Made by a program: the position numbers and the translations under genes. The notes under the pieces are model-generated. The model worked only from the letters and a program-made list of their open reading frames with translations. It made no database searches and was not told where the DNA came from. A stretch of DNA of 64,000 bases from Bacteroidota bacterium (lineage in GTDB: Bacteria > Bacteroidota > Bacteroidia > Flavobacteriales > Flavobacteriaceae). Position 1 is the stretch's first letter. Each line of letters starts with the position of its first letter. Of the stretch, positions 8,567 through 19,050 are shown piece by piece. Location: assembly GCA_018829465.1 (NCBI GenBank), contig JAHJTN010000009.1, forward strand, positions 40,557 through 104,556, written 5' to 3'.

Positions 8567-10939
8567 CTACATAATGCCTCCGCCCGATTTGGTGTTGTCA
8601 TCCCTATTTTTACGGTTTCTGGATCTGACATCACCTTTAGAAAAGTTGTAAGAAAATCCGACATAAACCCTTCTGCTTTCCCATTTGGAAAACCCGGACT
8701 GCGGGAAAGGATTGTCTGCACTAAAATTGGCGTATTGGGTTTTGAAAATGTCATTGACCCGCAAACTCAAACTGCCTTTGTCTTTCAATACTTTGTATCG
8801 CAAACCCGCGTCAATTCTCCACATTTCTTCCACATCGAGTTGAAGCGTCCGCTCGCGGCCTGTGTACATACCAAACAACTGAAAATTGAGTTTTTTGGTG
8901 GCTTTGAAACTGTTGTTTACCCGCAAATTCAGCTTGGTGTTTTCCCGCGATATGTTGTCGGCCCCGGCCACACCGTTGAGGGTTTGTTGGTACAGATCAA
9001 AATTGACGGTCGTGCTCCACCATTCCCAAAACTTGTAATTGACCGAACTCTCAAATCCGTAGGCTTCGTTGTCGTCCACATTGTCAAAACTCAGGATGGT
9101 TTGGGTCACGTCATTGGGGTTTTCAAAAAGCGTTTGCGTGATTTCGTCTTTTATTTTTCGGTAAAACGTGGTAAAAGAAACAGAACCTTTCCCGAGTTGG
9201 CGGGTGTAGCCCAATTCGTAGGAGTTGGTAAACTGCGGGTCGAGCGCGGGGTTTCCCAATCCTGTGATGGTAGGCGTGCTAAACTGCCGGATCGGATTGG
9301 TCTGTTCCAAGCCCGGACGATCGACCCTGCGGCTGTAGCTCAGGGAAAACTGATTTTTTTCGGAAGGCGACCAAGTGGTGTGCACGGACGGGTACAAATT
9401 GAAATAATCTTCGCTGAAAACACTGAGGTTGTCGCTCACCGCATCTACCTCAAAATATTCGCTGCGCACGCCGGCCTGAAGCGTAACTTTTTCCCAATTG
9501 TAGCCAAGTGTCAGGTAAGCGGAATAGATGTCTCTGTCGTAATCAAAAACCGTGTTGACGCTGTTCGGGTCGGGATTGGTCGTTTTGAAATCTATGCTGT
9601 TTTCGTTGGTCCTGAATTCCAACCCGGCTTCCAATTTCATTTTCTCGGTAAGGGGGTTTACATAATCGATGTTGAAAATGTTTTCGGACTGCTCGGGCCT
9701 GAGCAAGTCCACATACCGGATTTGGTCTGTATCGGTCATAAAATCGAAAACTGCTTTTTCTTTGGAATTGGTCTCGCTCAGATTGGCTTCAACTTCCAGG
9801 TTGTGACCTTCCTTGGCAAAATCTATTTTGTAATTGAAATTGTAGGTTTGGGTATCGTTATCGTTGTCGATAAAATTGTCTTGGATCAAATCGGGGTTGT
9901 CATTCAGCACAAAATCGACCTTTGTCAAAATATCGGCATCGGCGTTGAATGCATTTTGAATGGCATAAAACGAAAAGGTGTTTTTCGGGTTGATGTAAAA
10001 ATCGAAACCGAACTTCGCCAAGTGTGAATTTGACTGGTTCAAAATATTCAAATCTTGAAGCGTTTGGTTGTCCGCCCTGTCGATAAAAACTTTGTTAAAT
10101 GAAGTTCCCGAATTGATGCCGTAGTTGGCAAACCAATTGAACTTGTTGGTTTTGTAATTCAAATCGGCCGAGCCGTTCCATTTGGATTTCACCCCGTAGG
10201 TATAACCGGAATTAAAACTTCCGTTGAACCCCAGGTTGGCATTTTTGTGCAACACAATGTTGATGATGCCCGACATGCCTTCCGGGTTGTATTTCGCCGA
10301 AGGATTGGTAATCAATTCCACGCTCTTGATGGAAGAAGATGGGATTTGTTTCAGCAATTGGCTCGGCTCGATGTTGGTCGGTTTGCCGTCTACCAGTATG
10401 CGCACGTTGCTGTTGCCGCGCATGCTGAGGTTTCCGTCCTGATCCACACTCAACGAGGGAAGGTTGCCCATGATATCGGCTGCGGTTGCGCCCATCGTCG
10501 TGATGTCTTTCCCTACGTTGATGACTTTGCGGTCAATTTTCTGTACAACCGTCGATTGCTCGCCCACCACCACGACTTCCTCCAGTTCCGATAGCGTTTC
10601 CTCCAAACTGATGACCCCAACATCCAACCTTTTAGATTGAGACAGGTCGATTTTTGAGGTGTAATTCTTAAACCCGATGAATTGCACTTCTATCCAAAGC
10701 AAGCCTTCCGGCAGGTCTTTCACCTCAAAAAAACCGTTTTCATCGGTAATGCTTCCAAACAATTGATTGGGATTTTCCTCCCATTTCAAGGAAACCGCTG
10801 CATAAGGAACAGGCGCGCCCGATTTTTGGTCAATCACTTTTCCGGTGACAACCCCCTTGCCTTCAGGTGCGGGATTGGCAAGTTGGGCATTCATAAAGCT
10901 GCATAAAAGCAGGCTTAACAAGAGGATGGCATTTTTCAT
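8567..10939 (-). CDS. TonB-dependent-receptor-like outer-membrane beta-barrel protein (CarboxypepD_reg N-domain + OMP_b-brl_3 type)
   Basis: 790 aa. Signal peptide MKNAILLLSLLLCSFMNAQ. GKVIDQKSGAPVPYAAVSL resembles a carboxypeptidase-regulatory fold. The barrel ends VYVGFSYNF, followed by a basic tail. Confidence 0.85.
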   Translation of the reverse strand: MKNAILLLSLLLCSFMNAQLANPAPEGKGVVTGKVIDQKSGAPVPYAAVSLKWEENPNQLFGSITDENGFFEVKDLPEGLLWIEVQFIGFKNYTSKIDLSQSKRLDVGVISLEETLSELEEVVVVGEQSTVVQKIDRKVINVGKDITTMGATAADIMGNLPSLSVDQDGNLSMRGNSNVRILVDGKPTNIEPSQLLKQIPSSSIKSVELITNPSAKYNPEGMSGIINIVLHKNANLGFNGSFNSGYTYGVKSKWNGSADLNYKTNKFNWFANYGINSGTSFNKVFIDRADNQTLQDLNILNQSNSHLAKFGFDFYINPKNTFSFYAIQNAFNADADILTKVDFVLNDNPDLIQDNFIDNDNDTQTYNFNYKIDFAKEGHNLEVEANLSETNSKEKAVFDFMTDTDQIRYVDLLRPEQSENIFNIDYVNPLTEKMKLEAGLEFRTNENSIDFKTTNPDPNSVNTVFDYDRDIYSAYLTLGYNWEKVTLQAGVRSEYFEVDAVSDNLSVFSEDYFNLYPSVHTTWSPSEKNQFSLSYSRRVDRPGLEQTNPIRQFSTPTITGLGNPALDPQFTNSYELGYTRQLGKGSVSFTTFYRKIKDEITQTLFENPNDVTQTILSFDNVDDNEAYGFESSVNYKFWEWWSTTVNFDLYQQTLNGVAGADNISRENTKLNLRVNNSFKATKKLNFQLFGMYTGRERTLQLDVEEMWRIDAGLRYKVLKDKGSLSLRVNDIFKTQYANFSADNPFPQSGFSKWESRRVYVGFSYNFSKGDVRSRNRKNRDDNTKSGGGIM

Positions 10940-11317
10940 TTTTATTGTAATTATTAATTAGTGCTAAACGTGGATCGAATTTTTGATGAATACGTTTAAG
11001 TAATATGTATTAAAAGTTAATATGTATAACATACTTCTAAAATAATAGCAATCCATCAAAAAATAAGAACCAACCATTTTACATTGTGATTTTAATATAG
11101 GACGACCGGAAAGTAAAATTTGTTACATCAATTTTTTTGAAGTTAAAAAAAACATGCCCTCTGCTCCGACCCGAAACCGTAAGTTTTTGCACAGTTCATC
11201 CTTATATGTTATCATGAACATGCATTAAAAAATAGTTTTTTGCGATATGGCTTGACCAAAAATATCCCTCACAGTCTAAATCCTGCGATTTATAAAAAAT
11301 AATTCTGAACAGTTTCC

Positions 11318-11325
11318 TACTTTTG
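11318..11325 (+). promoter_or_regulatory. Candidate -7 box TACTTTTG only 4 nt before the rlmD ATG (would imply a leaderless or near-leaderless mRNA)
   Basis: Exact TAnnTTTG match at 11318-11325; ATG at 11330. No -33 TTG at the canonical spacing. Confidence 0.2.
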
Positions 11326-11329
11326 CCGC

Positions 11330-12745
11330 ATGTCCAGACGAAAGAAGAATTTTGTATTAGAAAAAATAACCATACACGATGCCGGTGCCAAAGGCGTGGG
11401 CGTAGGCAAAGCACCCGATGGCAAAGTGGTCTTTGTGGACAAAGTAGTTCCGGGAGATGTATGCGACGTTTTTGTCTATAAAAACAAAGGCGGATATTAC
11501 CACGGTTCGCCACGTGCTTTTCACCAGCTTTCCGATAGACGTACCGAGCCGGTTTGCGAACATTTTGGCGTATGTGGCGGTTGCAAATGGCAGCACATGG
11601 ACTACCAAAGCCAGCTCTTCTTCAAGCAAAAAGAAGTCTATCAAAACCTCCGACGCATCGGAAAATTGGACTTGCCCAACGAAACACCCATTTTAGGCAG
11701 TGCGCAGCCCTATTTCTACAGAAATAAAATGGAGTTTGCCTTTTCAGACAGCCGTTGGATAACCGATGAAGAAAGGGATGCAAAGGGCTTGATAGACGAC
11801 CGAAATGCCTTGGGCTTTCATATTCCCGGCCGTTGGGACAAAGTGTTAGCTGTTCAAAAATGTCACCTACAGCCCGATCCTTCAAACGCTATCAGAAATG
11901 CCGTGAAAAAATTCGCCACAGCACATCAAATGGCTTTTTTCAATCCAAAAAGTCAGGAAGGTTTTTTGCGGACACTCATGCTTAGAACCACCACTACCGG
12001 TCAGGTTATGGTCGTTGTTCAATTTTTTAAAGAAGACGAAAACCAGCGAAAAAAACTTCTCGATTTTATTGGGGAAACTTTCCCCGAAGTCACTTCGCTG
12101 CAATACATCATCAACCATAAGCCCAACGACAGCATCTACGACCAAGAAGTCATTTGTTACCAAGGCAAGACATACGTGGAAGAACAAATGGAAGATTTGA
12201 TATTTCCCATACATCCCAAATCGTTTTACCAAACCAACCCGCTGCAAGCCTACGAACTCTACAAAATTGTGCGTTCCTTTGCAGGGCTGTCAGGAAATGA
12301 AGTGGTGTACGATCTGTACACCGGCATTGGCACGATTGCTCAATTTGTCGCCAAAAATGCCAAAAAAGTAGTGGGCATAGAATCGGTTCCGGAGGCCATC
12401 GCAGATGCCAAACGCAGTGCCGAAAAGAACGGTTTGCAAAACCTTTCCTTTTTTGCAGGCGATATGAAAGTGTTGCTCAACAATGATTTTATAAACACCC
12501 ACGGCCACCCGGATTTGGTTATTACAGACCCGCCCCGAGACGGGATGCATCCCGATGTAGTAGCGCAATTGCTGCGCATGGCACCCGAAAAAATAGTCTA
12601 TGTGAGTTGTAATTCGGCCACCCAAGCACGCGATTTGGCACTGATGAAGGAACAATATAAAATTGTAAAAGTGCAAGCTGTGGATATGTTTCCACAAACT
12701 TTTCACGTAGAAAATGTTGTACTTTTGGAAAAAATTAAAGCATGA
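11330..12745 (+). CDS. rlmD: 23S rRNA (uracil-5-)-methyltransferase, RumA/RlmD family
   Basis: 471 aa. TRAM-like N-terminus, Cys cluster CEHFGVCGGCKWQH, SAM motif DLYTGIGTI, catalytic VYVSCN. Confidence 0.88.
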   Translation: MSRRKKNFVLEKITIHDAGAKGVGVGKAPDGKVVFVDKVVPGDVCDVFVYKNKGGYYHGSPRAFHQLSDRRTEPVCEHFGVCGGCKWQHMDYQSQLFFKQKEVYQNLRRIGKLDLPNETPILGSAQPYFYRNKMEFAFSDSRWITDEERDAKGLIDDRNALGFHIPGRWDKVLAVQKCHLQPDPSNAIRNAVKKFATAHQMAFFNPKSQEGFLRTLMLRTTTTGQVMVVVQFFKEDENQRKKLLDFIGETFPEVTSLQYIINHKPNDSIYDQEVICYQGKTYVEEQMEDLIFPIHPKSFYQTNPLQAYELYKIVRSFAGLSGNEVVYDLYTGIGTIAQFVAKNAKKVVGIESVPEAIADAKRSAEKNGLQNLSFFAGDMKVLLNNDFINTHGHPDLVITDPPRDGMHPDVVAQLLRMAPEKIVYVSCNSATQARDLALMKEQYKIVKVQAVDMFPQTFHVENVVLLEKIKA

Positions 12746-13248
12746 GGTTATTCCGATACCTGATTTTTGTAGGTTTGTTTTTGTGCTTGCTCGGCGCTTG
12801 CGAACGCGACGATTTATGTAGTGCGGGGATTCCCAAAACGCCTAATCTCGTCTTGCGGTTTTTAGATGCCAATATCACAAATGATTTTAAAACCGTTCCC
12901 GGTTTGCGTGTAGTCTATCCTGAAGTAAATGACTCACTTCCTGCCAACGGTGGTACTTTTGCCAACGATTCCATCGGCATTCCATTACCCACCGGATTGG
13001 GCGAATTCACCACCACCATCGTGATGGTTAAAGATGCAGCTAACGCCAACCTCCGAAACCCCGACACTATTGACATCAGATACCTGGCACAGGAAGTTTT
13101 TATTTCCAAAGCCTGCGGATTCAAAAATGAGTTTATCTTGCAACAAATTACCGTGCGGAACGACAACGACAATTGGATCAGAAACCTATTGATTACTAAC
13201 GATACCATACAGAATGAATTTCAAGCAGCGGTGCGTATTTTTCATTAG
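12742..13248 (+). CDS. Hypothetical lipoprotein
   Basis: 168 aa. Lipoprotein-type signal LFLCLLGAC. ATGA overlap with the rlmD stop. Confidence 0.6.
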   Translation: MRLFRYLIFVGLFLCLLGACERDDLCSAGIPKTPNLVLRFLDANITNDFKTVPGLRVVYPEVNDSLPANGGTFANDSIGIPLPTGLGEFTTTIVMVKDAANANLRNPDTIDIRYLAQEVFISKACGFKNEFILQQITVRNDNDNWIRNLLITNDTIQNEFQAAVRIFH

Positions 13249-13948
13249 TCTGTCAGGTTTTTTCCTGACAACCCCTTTCGCTTTGGCACAACAGGGCAAA
13301 GTGAATCCGTACGACACCATCACCATCAGAGATCGCTACGGTTTGCGCTTGGGCGTAGATTTGTTTAAACCCGCACGCACTTTTTTAGAGGATGATTTTA
13401 CGGGCTTTGAAATTGTAGCAGATTACAGACTCACCAAAAAACACTGGTTGGCAGTAGAACTCGGTTATGACGATAGGACCAAAAACGAAGACAATAGCAA
13501 CTCAACCATCGAAGGGTCATACGTCAAAGCTGGTTTTGACTACAATATGCACAACAACTGGTTGGGTATGGAAAACATGATTTACGTTGGGCTTCGAGTA
13601 GGTGTGAGTTCTTTTTCAAACACGCTGAACAGTTTCAACATTCAATCCAACAATCCTTTTTTTGGTGAAGTCACTGTAGAGCCCGGTACCAAATTCGACA
13701 ACCTCTCTGCCGCTTGGGGCGAGGCGCTATTTGGTATCAGATTTGAAGCCCTGCCCAATGTATATGTAAATATGAACATACAGTTTAAAGGACTTTTAAA
13801 CAATACAGACCCACCCAACTTTAAAAACTTTCACATTCCCGGTTTTAACGAAGTCAACGATTTCGGCGATTTTGGTTTCGGATTTTCATATTCTGTATCC
13901 TACTTTATTCCCTTCTACGAAAGGACACGTGAAAAAGCTAAAAAATAA
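13214..13948 (+). CDS. Hypothetical secreted protein, probable small outer-membrane beta-barrel
   Basis: 244 aa. Signal peptide ..TTPFALAQQ. Alternating aromatic/glycine pattern. C-terminus YFIPFY. Confidence 0.6.
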   Translation: MNFKQRCVFFISLSGFFLTTPFALAQQGKVNPYDTITIRDRYGLRLGVDLFKPARTFLEDDFTGFEIVADYRLTKKHWLAVELGYDDRTKNEDNSNSTIEGSYVKAGFDYNMHNNWLGMENMIYVGLRVGVSSFSNTLNSFNIQSNNPFFGEVTVEPGTKFDNLSAAWGEALFGIRFEALPNVYVNMNIQFKGLLNNTDPPNFKNFHIPGFNEVNDFGDFGFGFSYSVSYFIPFYERTREKAKK

Positions 13949-13998
13949 AGGATACGGAGCATTTGGTTTCAAACGACAGTTGCTTATTTATCAATAGG

Positions 13999-14223
13999 TT
14001 ACTGTTTTTTACTAAAAAACCACCGCATCACCAGTTTTGGATTTTTTCGATCGGGTGTAATCAGAAATTTTGGCGCCAACAAGATGGCCAGAACACCCGC
14101 AGCAACAGCCGTCCATAAAGGTTCAAGCGCAAGCAGGTAGGGCAAACCGAATCGAAATCCCAAAAAGAATCCGGCAGAAGATAAGAAGTTGAGCAAAAAA
14201 GCTTTGGTAGAAAGAGACATCAC
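13999..14223 (-). CDS. Small membrane protein (2 TM), hypothetical
   Basis: 74 aa. Two hydrophobic segments. Its start lies 3 nt downstream of the stop of the upstream methyltransferase gene. Confidence 0.45.
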   Translation of the reverse strand: MMSLSTKAFLLNFLSSAGFFLGFRFGLPYLLALEPLWTAVAAGVLAILLAPKFLITPDRKNPKLVMRWFFSKKQ

Positions 14224-14226
14224 AGC

Positions 14227-15387
14227 CTAGTTGTTATTGAATTTTTCCTTTTTACTGCCTGCATACATAGGATAGTACAAGAATCGTCCTTCCAAGCCGC
14301 CGTTGAAAATTTTTATCTTTCGCGATGGCCGCAACCCCATGTTTTTCATGCCGTCTGGGTCTGTAGTAATCAGCCAAGCGTGTGTGTCTGCATAATACTG
14401 TTTGAGCGTGTCGCCAATGTTTTTGTACAACTCAGGGATGTCTGCTTGCAAACGTTCGCCGTAGGGCGGATTAAAAACCATGTGCAGCGTGCCCGAAACC
14501 GGTTTTTCGGCGGTAAAAAAATCGACTTGTTCCCAAGTGATAAAATCCTCCAGACGCGCATTTTTGGCGTTTTCGCGCGCTTTGGCAATAGCCGATGGCG
14601 CTTTGTCGAATCCCGAAATTTTGTAGGGAAAATCAGTCACCTTGTCCATCAGAGCATCAAAGATGGTTTCAAACAAATCCACATCAAAATCATCCCATTT
14701 TTCAAAAGCAAATTCCGACCGATTGCTGTTTGCCGGAATGTTGGCCGCAATCATGGCGGCTTCTATCGGTATGGTGCCGCTCCCACACATAGGATCCAAA
14801 AAATCTGACTGTCCTTTCCAACCCGAATGCAACAACATACCGGCCGCCAGCACTTCGTTTATGGGAGCAATATTGGTAGCAGACCGATAGCCACGGTGAT
14901 GCAAGGATTTTCCGGAGCTGTCAAGCGAAAATGTAACCTGGTCTGCGTTGATGTGCACTTCCAAGGCCAAATCAGGATGTTCTGTGTTTACGTTGGGTCT
15001 GCGGCCTGTGTGCTTCCTAAATTGGTCCACTATAGCATCTTTAATTTTAAGTGCCACGTATTGGGTGTGTTTAAAATAATCGGAATGTACCGTTGCATTA
15101 ATGGCAAAAGACTTGTTTAGACTGATGTGTTGCGACCAATCGAACGCCAAAGCGGCAGTGTACAGTTCATCTTCGTTTTTGGCATATACGCGATGTATGG
15201 GCACCATGATTTTTAAAGCGGTACGACAGGCAATATTGGCCTTGTACATAAAACCTTTATCACCCCAAAAACTCACATTTCTGACGCCTATCTGAATTTT
15301 TTGAGCGCCCAACTTCTTGAGTTCTTCGGCGAGTAAATCCTCAAACCCAAACAGGGTTTTGGCAGTCATTTCGAAATTATTTTCCAT
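14227..15387 (-). CDS. THUMP-domain class I SAM-dependent RNA methyltransferase (UPF0020/RlmL-like)
   Basis: 386 aa. SAM motif DPMCGSGTIPIEAA and catalytic NPPYGERL. Confidence 0.85.
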   Translation of the reverse strand: MENNFEMTAKTLFGFEDLLAEELKKLGAQKIQIGVRNVSFWGDKGFMYKANIACRTALKIMVPIHRVYAKNEDELYTAALAFDWSQHISLNKSFAINATVHSDYFKHTQYVALKIKDAIVDQFRKHTGRRPNVNTEHPDLALEVHINADQVTFSLDSSGKSLHHRGYRSATNIAPINEVLAAGMLLHSGWKGQSDFLDPMCGSGTIPIEAAMIAANIPANSNRSEFAFEKWDDFDVDLFETIFDALMDKVTDFPYKISGFDKAPSAIAKARENAKNARLEDFITWEQVDFFTAEKPVSGTLHMVFNPPYGERLQADIPELYKNIGDTLKQYYADTHAWLITTDPDGMKNMGLRPSRKIKIFNGGLEGRFLYYPMYAGSKKEKFNNN

Positions 15388-15443
15388 GCTTTACGACTCT
15401 ATACATGCAAAAATACATTAATTTAGCCCGTTAAAGAATTTCC

Positions 15444-16175
15444 ATGCAGAAAGAAACAGAAACTTGGTACCGCTCTTGGTTTGATACGCCCTTTTATCAC
15501 ATTCTATACAAAGACAGAGACCACGAAGAAGCCGCCCTCTTTATGGACAACCTTACCCAATATTTGAATTTACCCAAAGGTGCCAAAATTTTAGATTTGG
15601 CCTGCGGCAAAGGCAGGCATGCTATCTATCTCAACCAATTGGGCTTCGATGTCACCGGTATTGATCTTTCTGAAAACAGTATAGCAGAAGCTTCCAAGCA
15701 TGCAAACCAAACCTTGCACTTTCAGGTGCACAATATGTGCGAACCTTTTCCTGATACCTTTGATGCCGTATTCAATCTCTTTACGAGTTTTGGCTACTTT
15801 GACCAGCCTGATGCACATGTCAAAACCCTTAAGGCTATAAAAGCCGACCTCAACGAAACCGGTTTTGGCGTTATTGATTTTCTCAATGCCGATGTTGTTG
15901 TCCAAAACTTGATACCTGAAGAAACCAAGGTTGTCAACAATATTTCTTTTGATTTAAAAAGACATCATTCTGATGGTTTCATTGTCAAAGAGATTGATTT
16001 TGAAGCGGATGGTCAGTCATATCATTTTGAAGAGCGCGTCAAAGCATTCAGGCTTTCTGATTTTGAAGCCATGTTTGCCGAGGCCGATATTGATTTGCTC
16101 GATGTTTTTGGCAATTACAAATTGCAAAAATTTCATTCGGACGAAAGCCCTAGGTTGATTATGATTTTCAAGTAA
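15444..16175 (+). CDS. Class I SAM-dependent methyltransferase
   Basis: 243 aa. Motif I ILDLACGKGRH. Confidence 0.75.
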   Translation: MQKETETWYRSWFDTPFYHILYKDRDHEEAALFMDNLTQYLNLPKGAKILDLACGKGRHAIYLNQLGFDVTGIDLSENSIAEASKHANQTLHFQVHNMCEPFPDTFDAVFNLFTSFGYFDQPDAHVKTLKAIKADLNETGFGVIDFLNADVVVQNLIPEETKVVNNISFDLKRHHSDGFIVKEIDFEADGQSYHFEERVKAFRLSDFEAMFAEADIDLLDVFGNYKLQKFHSDESPRLIMIFK

Positions 16176-16840
16176 TGATATATTCACTACCTATAATTGC
16201 GGTTTTATTAGGATACGGATTTTCCCTTACGGTGCCAAACCTCAACGGGAAAAATCTGCGTTTACTGTTGGCATTTAGTGGTGCTTTTTTGTTGGCGCTT
16301 ACTGTTTTTCACCTGTTGCCGGATATTTATAAGGGTTATCATCCCGCATTGGGTTGGTTGATTTTGGCGGGTTTGTTTTTGCAAATTCTTTTAGAAGTGT
16401 TTTCTAAAGGTGCTGAACACGGACACGTGCACCTGCATGCAAACAGCAAACTGTTTCCGTGGGCATTGTTTATAAGTCTATCTCTGCATGCGCTGACAGA
16501 AGGAATACCCATCAACGAACATCACGGTTTGCTATGGGGAATTGTGGTACACAAACTGCCGGTGGCGGTGATTTTGTCGCTTTTTCTGTTGAAATCCCAA
16601 TTGAGTAGGCAAGGTGTGTTTTGGTTTATGATGCTTTTTGCTTTGATGACCCCTTTGGGTTCGCTTCTGTCAGCATACGTTATTTCATCGGATTGGCGGT
16701 TGTATTTTTCTGCCTTAGTGGTGGGTGTTTTCTTGCATATTTCTACTACTATTTTGTTTGAAACTACTGAAGGCCATAAGTTTAACGCTGCCAAACTGCT
16801 AGTGGTAGTCATCGGTTTTTTATTGGCTTACTTTATATAG
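16175..16840 (+). CDS. ZIP-family metal cation transporter
   Basis: 221 aa, polytopic. His-rich loop AEHGHVHLH. HALTEGIP motif. Confidence 0.75.
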   Translation: MIYSLPIIAVLLGYGFSLTVPNLNGKNLRLLLAFSGAFLLALTVFHLLPDIYKGYHPALGWLILAGLFLQILLEVFSKGAEHGHVHLHANSKLFPWALFISLSLHALTEGIPINEHHGLLWGIVVHKLPVAVILSLFLLKSQLSRQGVFWFMMLFALMTPLGSLLSAYVISSDWRLYFSALVVGVFLHISTTILFETTEGHKFNAAKLLVVVIGFLLAYFI

Positions 16841-16871
16841 GCAGGCTTAGCGGTTTGCAAAAAAACAAAAA

Positions 16872-17375
16872 TTACAGTTTCCGCAACATCCATACCGGAC
16901 AGGAATAATGTCCTGTGCCACCCATAGGATGATCTATGTATTCGAAACCGAATTTTTTATAAAGTTTTTGGGCATCTTCCATAAAAGGCATGGTTTCTAA
17001 ATAGCATTGCTCAAAACCAAACTCCCGGGCTTTTTCTAAACACAATCGAATCATTTGAGCGCCAAGACCCAATCCTCTTGCTTCGGGAAGAAAATACATT
17101 TTTTGTAATTCGCACACGTTACCTTCATAATTGTCCAGCTTTTTGATGCCGGCGCCACCGAGTATGCTGCCTTCTTTTTCTATGACAAAGTACACGGCTT
17201 TGGGCTTGTCGTATTCTTCAAAAAGATGGTCCAAATGAGGGTCTTCAAACGCTGTTCCGCATTTGGAAACGCCTCTGGAATCAAACAGTTCTACAAAAAC
17301 AGCCCGTATGGCTGCTGCTAAAGGGGCATTGTCCTTTTTGTCAATTTCTCTGATGGTGGGTAAAGATGAAGACAT
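16872..17375 (-). CDS. GNAT-family N-acetyltransferase
   Basis: The ORF runs to 17468, but the internal ATG at 17375 (MSSSLPTIREID) avoids overlap with ribD. Acetyl-CoA motif ARGLGLGAQMI. Confidence 0.75.
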   Translation of the reverse strand: MSSSLPTIREIDKKDNAPLAAAIRAVFVELFDSRGVSKCGTAFEDPHLDHLFEEYDKPKAVYFVIEKEGSILGGAGIKKLDNYEGNVCELQKMYFLPEARGLGLGAQMIRLCLEKAREFGFEQCYLETMPFMEDAQKLYKKFGFEYIDHPMGGTGHYSCPVWMLRKL

Positions 17376-17395
17376 AGAAAACGTATTTTTGCGGT

Positions 17396-18445
17396 GTGAA
17401 GATAAAAGAAAAATATATACGTAGATGCATCGAGATTGCCCAAAATGGGTTGGGCTCCACCTATCCAAATCCTTTGGTGGGCGCAGTCATCGTTTACAAC
17501 CACCAAATTATAGGAGAAGGCTGGCATCGGAAAGCAGGTGAGCCTCATGCAGAAGTGTTGGCCATCAACGCGGTGGAGAAGCCTGAATGGTTATCAAAAT
17601 CAACCCTGTATGTGAGTTTAGAACCCTGCAGTCATTTCGGAAAAACGCCACCTTGTGCCGACTTGATTATAGAAAAAGGTATTCGGAAAGTAGTCATAGG
17701 TTCTGTAGATCCCAACAAAAAAGTAGCCGGTCGGGGCATCAAAAAACTATTGGAAGCCGGTTGTGAAGTTCATGTGAGCGTGCTCGAATCGGCTTGCAGT
17801 CAACTCAACAAGCGTTTTTTTGCTTTCCACCTCAAGAAACGCCCGTATATTATTTTAAAATGGGCTGAAAGCACAGACGGATTCATGGCGCCAATGCACA
17901 GAAACGAACAGCGTCCGGTGTGGATTACGTCTGCGCAATCGAGACAGTTGGTGCACAAATGGCGCACGGAAGAACAAGCTATTTTGGTGGGCACTCAAAC
18001 GGTGCTTGCTGATAACCCCAAACTCAACGCAAGAAGATGGACAGGCAATGCGCCGGTTCGGGTGGTGATTGATCGAAATTTGCGTGTGCCCAAAAGCATG
18101 TCTGTGTGGGACCAAAGTCAGAAAACCATTTTTATAGTAGACCAAAACCTCGATTTGGAAAAACCAAATTCGCATATCATTTTTGAAACTATTGACTTTT
18201 CGGGAAAAGTACCCCATCAAATTGCAAAGATACTATACAGCCACGGGTTGCAATCAGTAATTGTAGAAGGCGGAGCAAAAACTTTGCAGTCTTTTATAGA
18301 TGCCAAACTTTGGGATGAAGCACGCGTATTTACAGGAAATACTTGTTTGGAAGAAGGAGTCAGCGGACCAAAATTTACCGGAAAATTAGTCGAAGAAGAA
18401 AACATACATACAGATATATTGAGAATTTATGAACATGGAAATTAA
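17396..18445 (+). CDS. ribD: Bifunctional riboflavin biosynthesis deaminase/reductase
   Basis: 349 aa, GTG start. Zinc deaminase motifs HAEVLAI and PCSHFGKTPPCAD. C-terminal RibD reductase domain. Confidence 0.9.
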   Translation: MKIKEKYIRRCIEIAQNGLGSTYPNPLVGAVIVYNHQIIGEGWHRKAGEPHAEVLAINAVEKPEWLSKSTLYVSLEPCSHFGKTPPCADLIIEKGIRKVVIGSVDPNKKVAGRGIKKLLEAGCEVHVSVLESACSQLNKRFFAFHLKKRPYIILKWAESTDGFMAPMHRNEQRPVWITSAQSRQLVHKWRTEEQAILVGTQTVLADNPKLNARRWTGNAPVRVVIDRNLRVPKSMSVWDQSQKTIFIVDQNLDLEKPNSHIIFETIDFSGKVPHQIAKILYSHGLQSVIVEGGAKTLQSFIDAKLWDEARVFTGNTCLEEGVSGPKFTGKLVEEENIHTDILRIYEHGN

Positions 18446-19037
18446 AAATATCATATTCGATTTTGGCGATGTGTTTATCAACCTCGACAAACCGGCCACC
18501 TTGCGCGAAATGCAAAAATTAGGACTTACCGAACTTACTTCGGAAATGGATGCCGCCAACAAAGCTTATGAAAAGGGAGAAATATCCACCCAAGTCTTTA
18601 TCGATTTCTATCATCATCACTTTCCCCACCTGACAAAAAATCAGCTCGTTTTGGCATGGAATGCGATTATTTTAGATTTTCCTTCTCACAGGTTACAATT
18701 TTTAAAAAATTTACAAAAACAGGCTAAGCACCGCCTTTTCTTGTGGAGCAACACCAATGCACTTCACTTGGGTCGCGTGCAAGAAGTGATGGGAAAATCG
18801 GATTATCAGACTTTTTTGGCTTGTTTTGAAAAGCATTATTTTTCACACGAACTAGGAATTCGTAAACCCGAAGAAGTTTGTTTTACAAATATATTAGCCG
18901 AACAAAATTTGGTTGCGGAACAGACACTCTTTATAGACGACACTGCCGAGAACACAGAGGCAGCCGCCCGATTGGGCATGCAGGTATGGAATATAAAACC
19001 GGGACTGGAGGATGTGAGTCAACTTTTTAAGGCGTAA
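18429..19037 (+). CDS. HAD-superfamily hydrolase
   Basis: 202 aa. Motif I IIFDFGDVF; motif IV FIDDTAEN. Confidence 0.75.
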   Translation: MNMEIKNIIFDFGDVFINLDKPATLREMQKLGLTELTSEMDAANKAYEKGEISTQVFIDFYHHHFPHLTKNQLVLAWNAIILDFPSHRLQFLKNLQKQAKHRLFLWSNTNALHLGRVQEVMGKSDYQTFLACFEKHYFSHELGIRKPEEVCFTNILAEQNLVAEQTLFIDDTAENTEAAARLGMQVWNIKPGLEDVSQLFKA

Positions 19038-19050
19038 TTTTTTCAAAAAG

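Noticed and set aside
8552-10027. 491-aa ORF on the + strand
   Set aside because: It lies entirely antisense to the well-supported outer-membrane receptor gene. Its translation is low-complexity (runs of V/G/F/I/R), with no motif and no promoter or start context. It is a shadow ORF.
11202-11513. 103-aa minus-strand ORF spanning the rlmD start region
   Set aside because: It overlaps the strongly supported rlmD 5' end and the AT-rich intergenic DNA. The Cys/Arg/Leu-rich translation has no motif.
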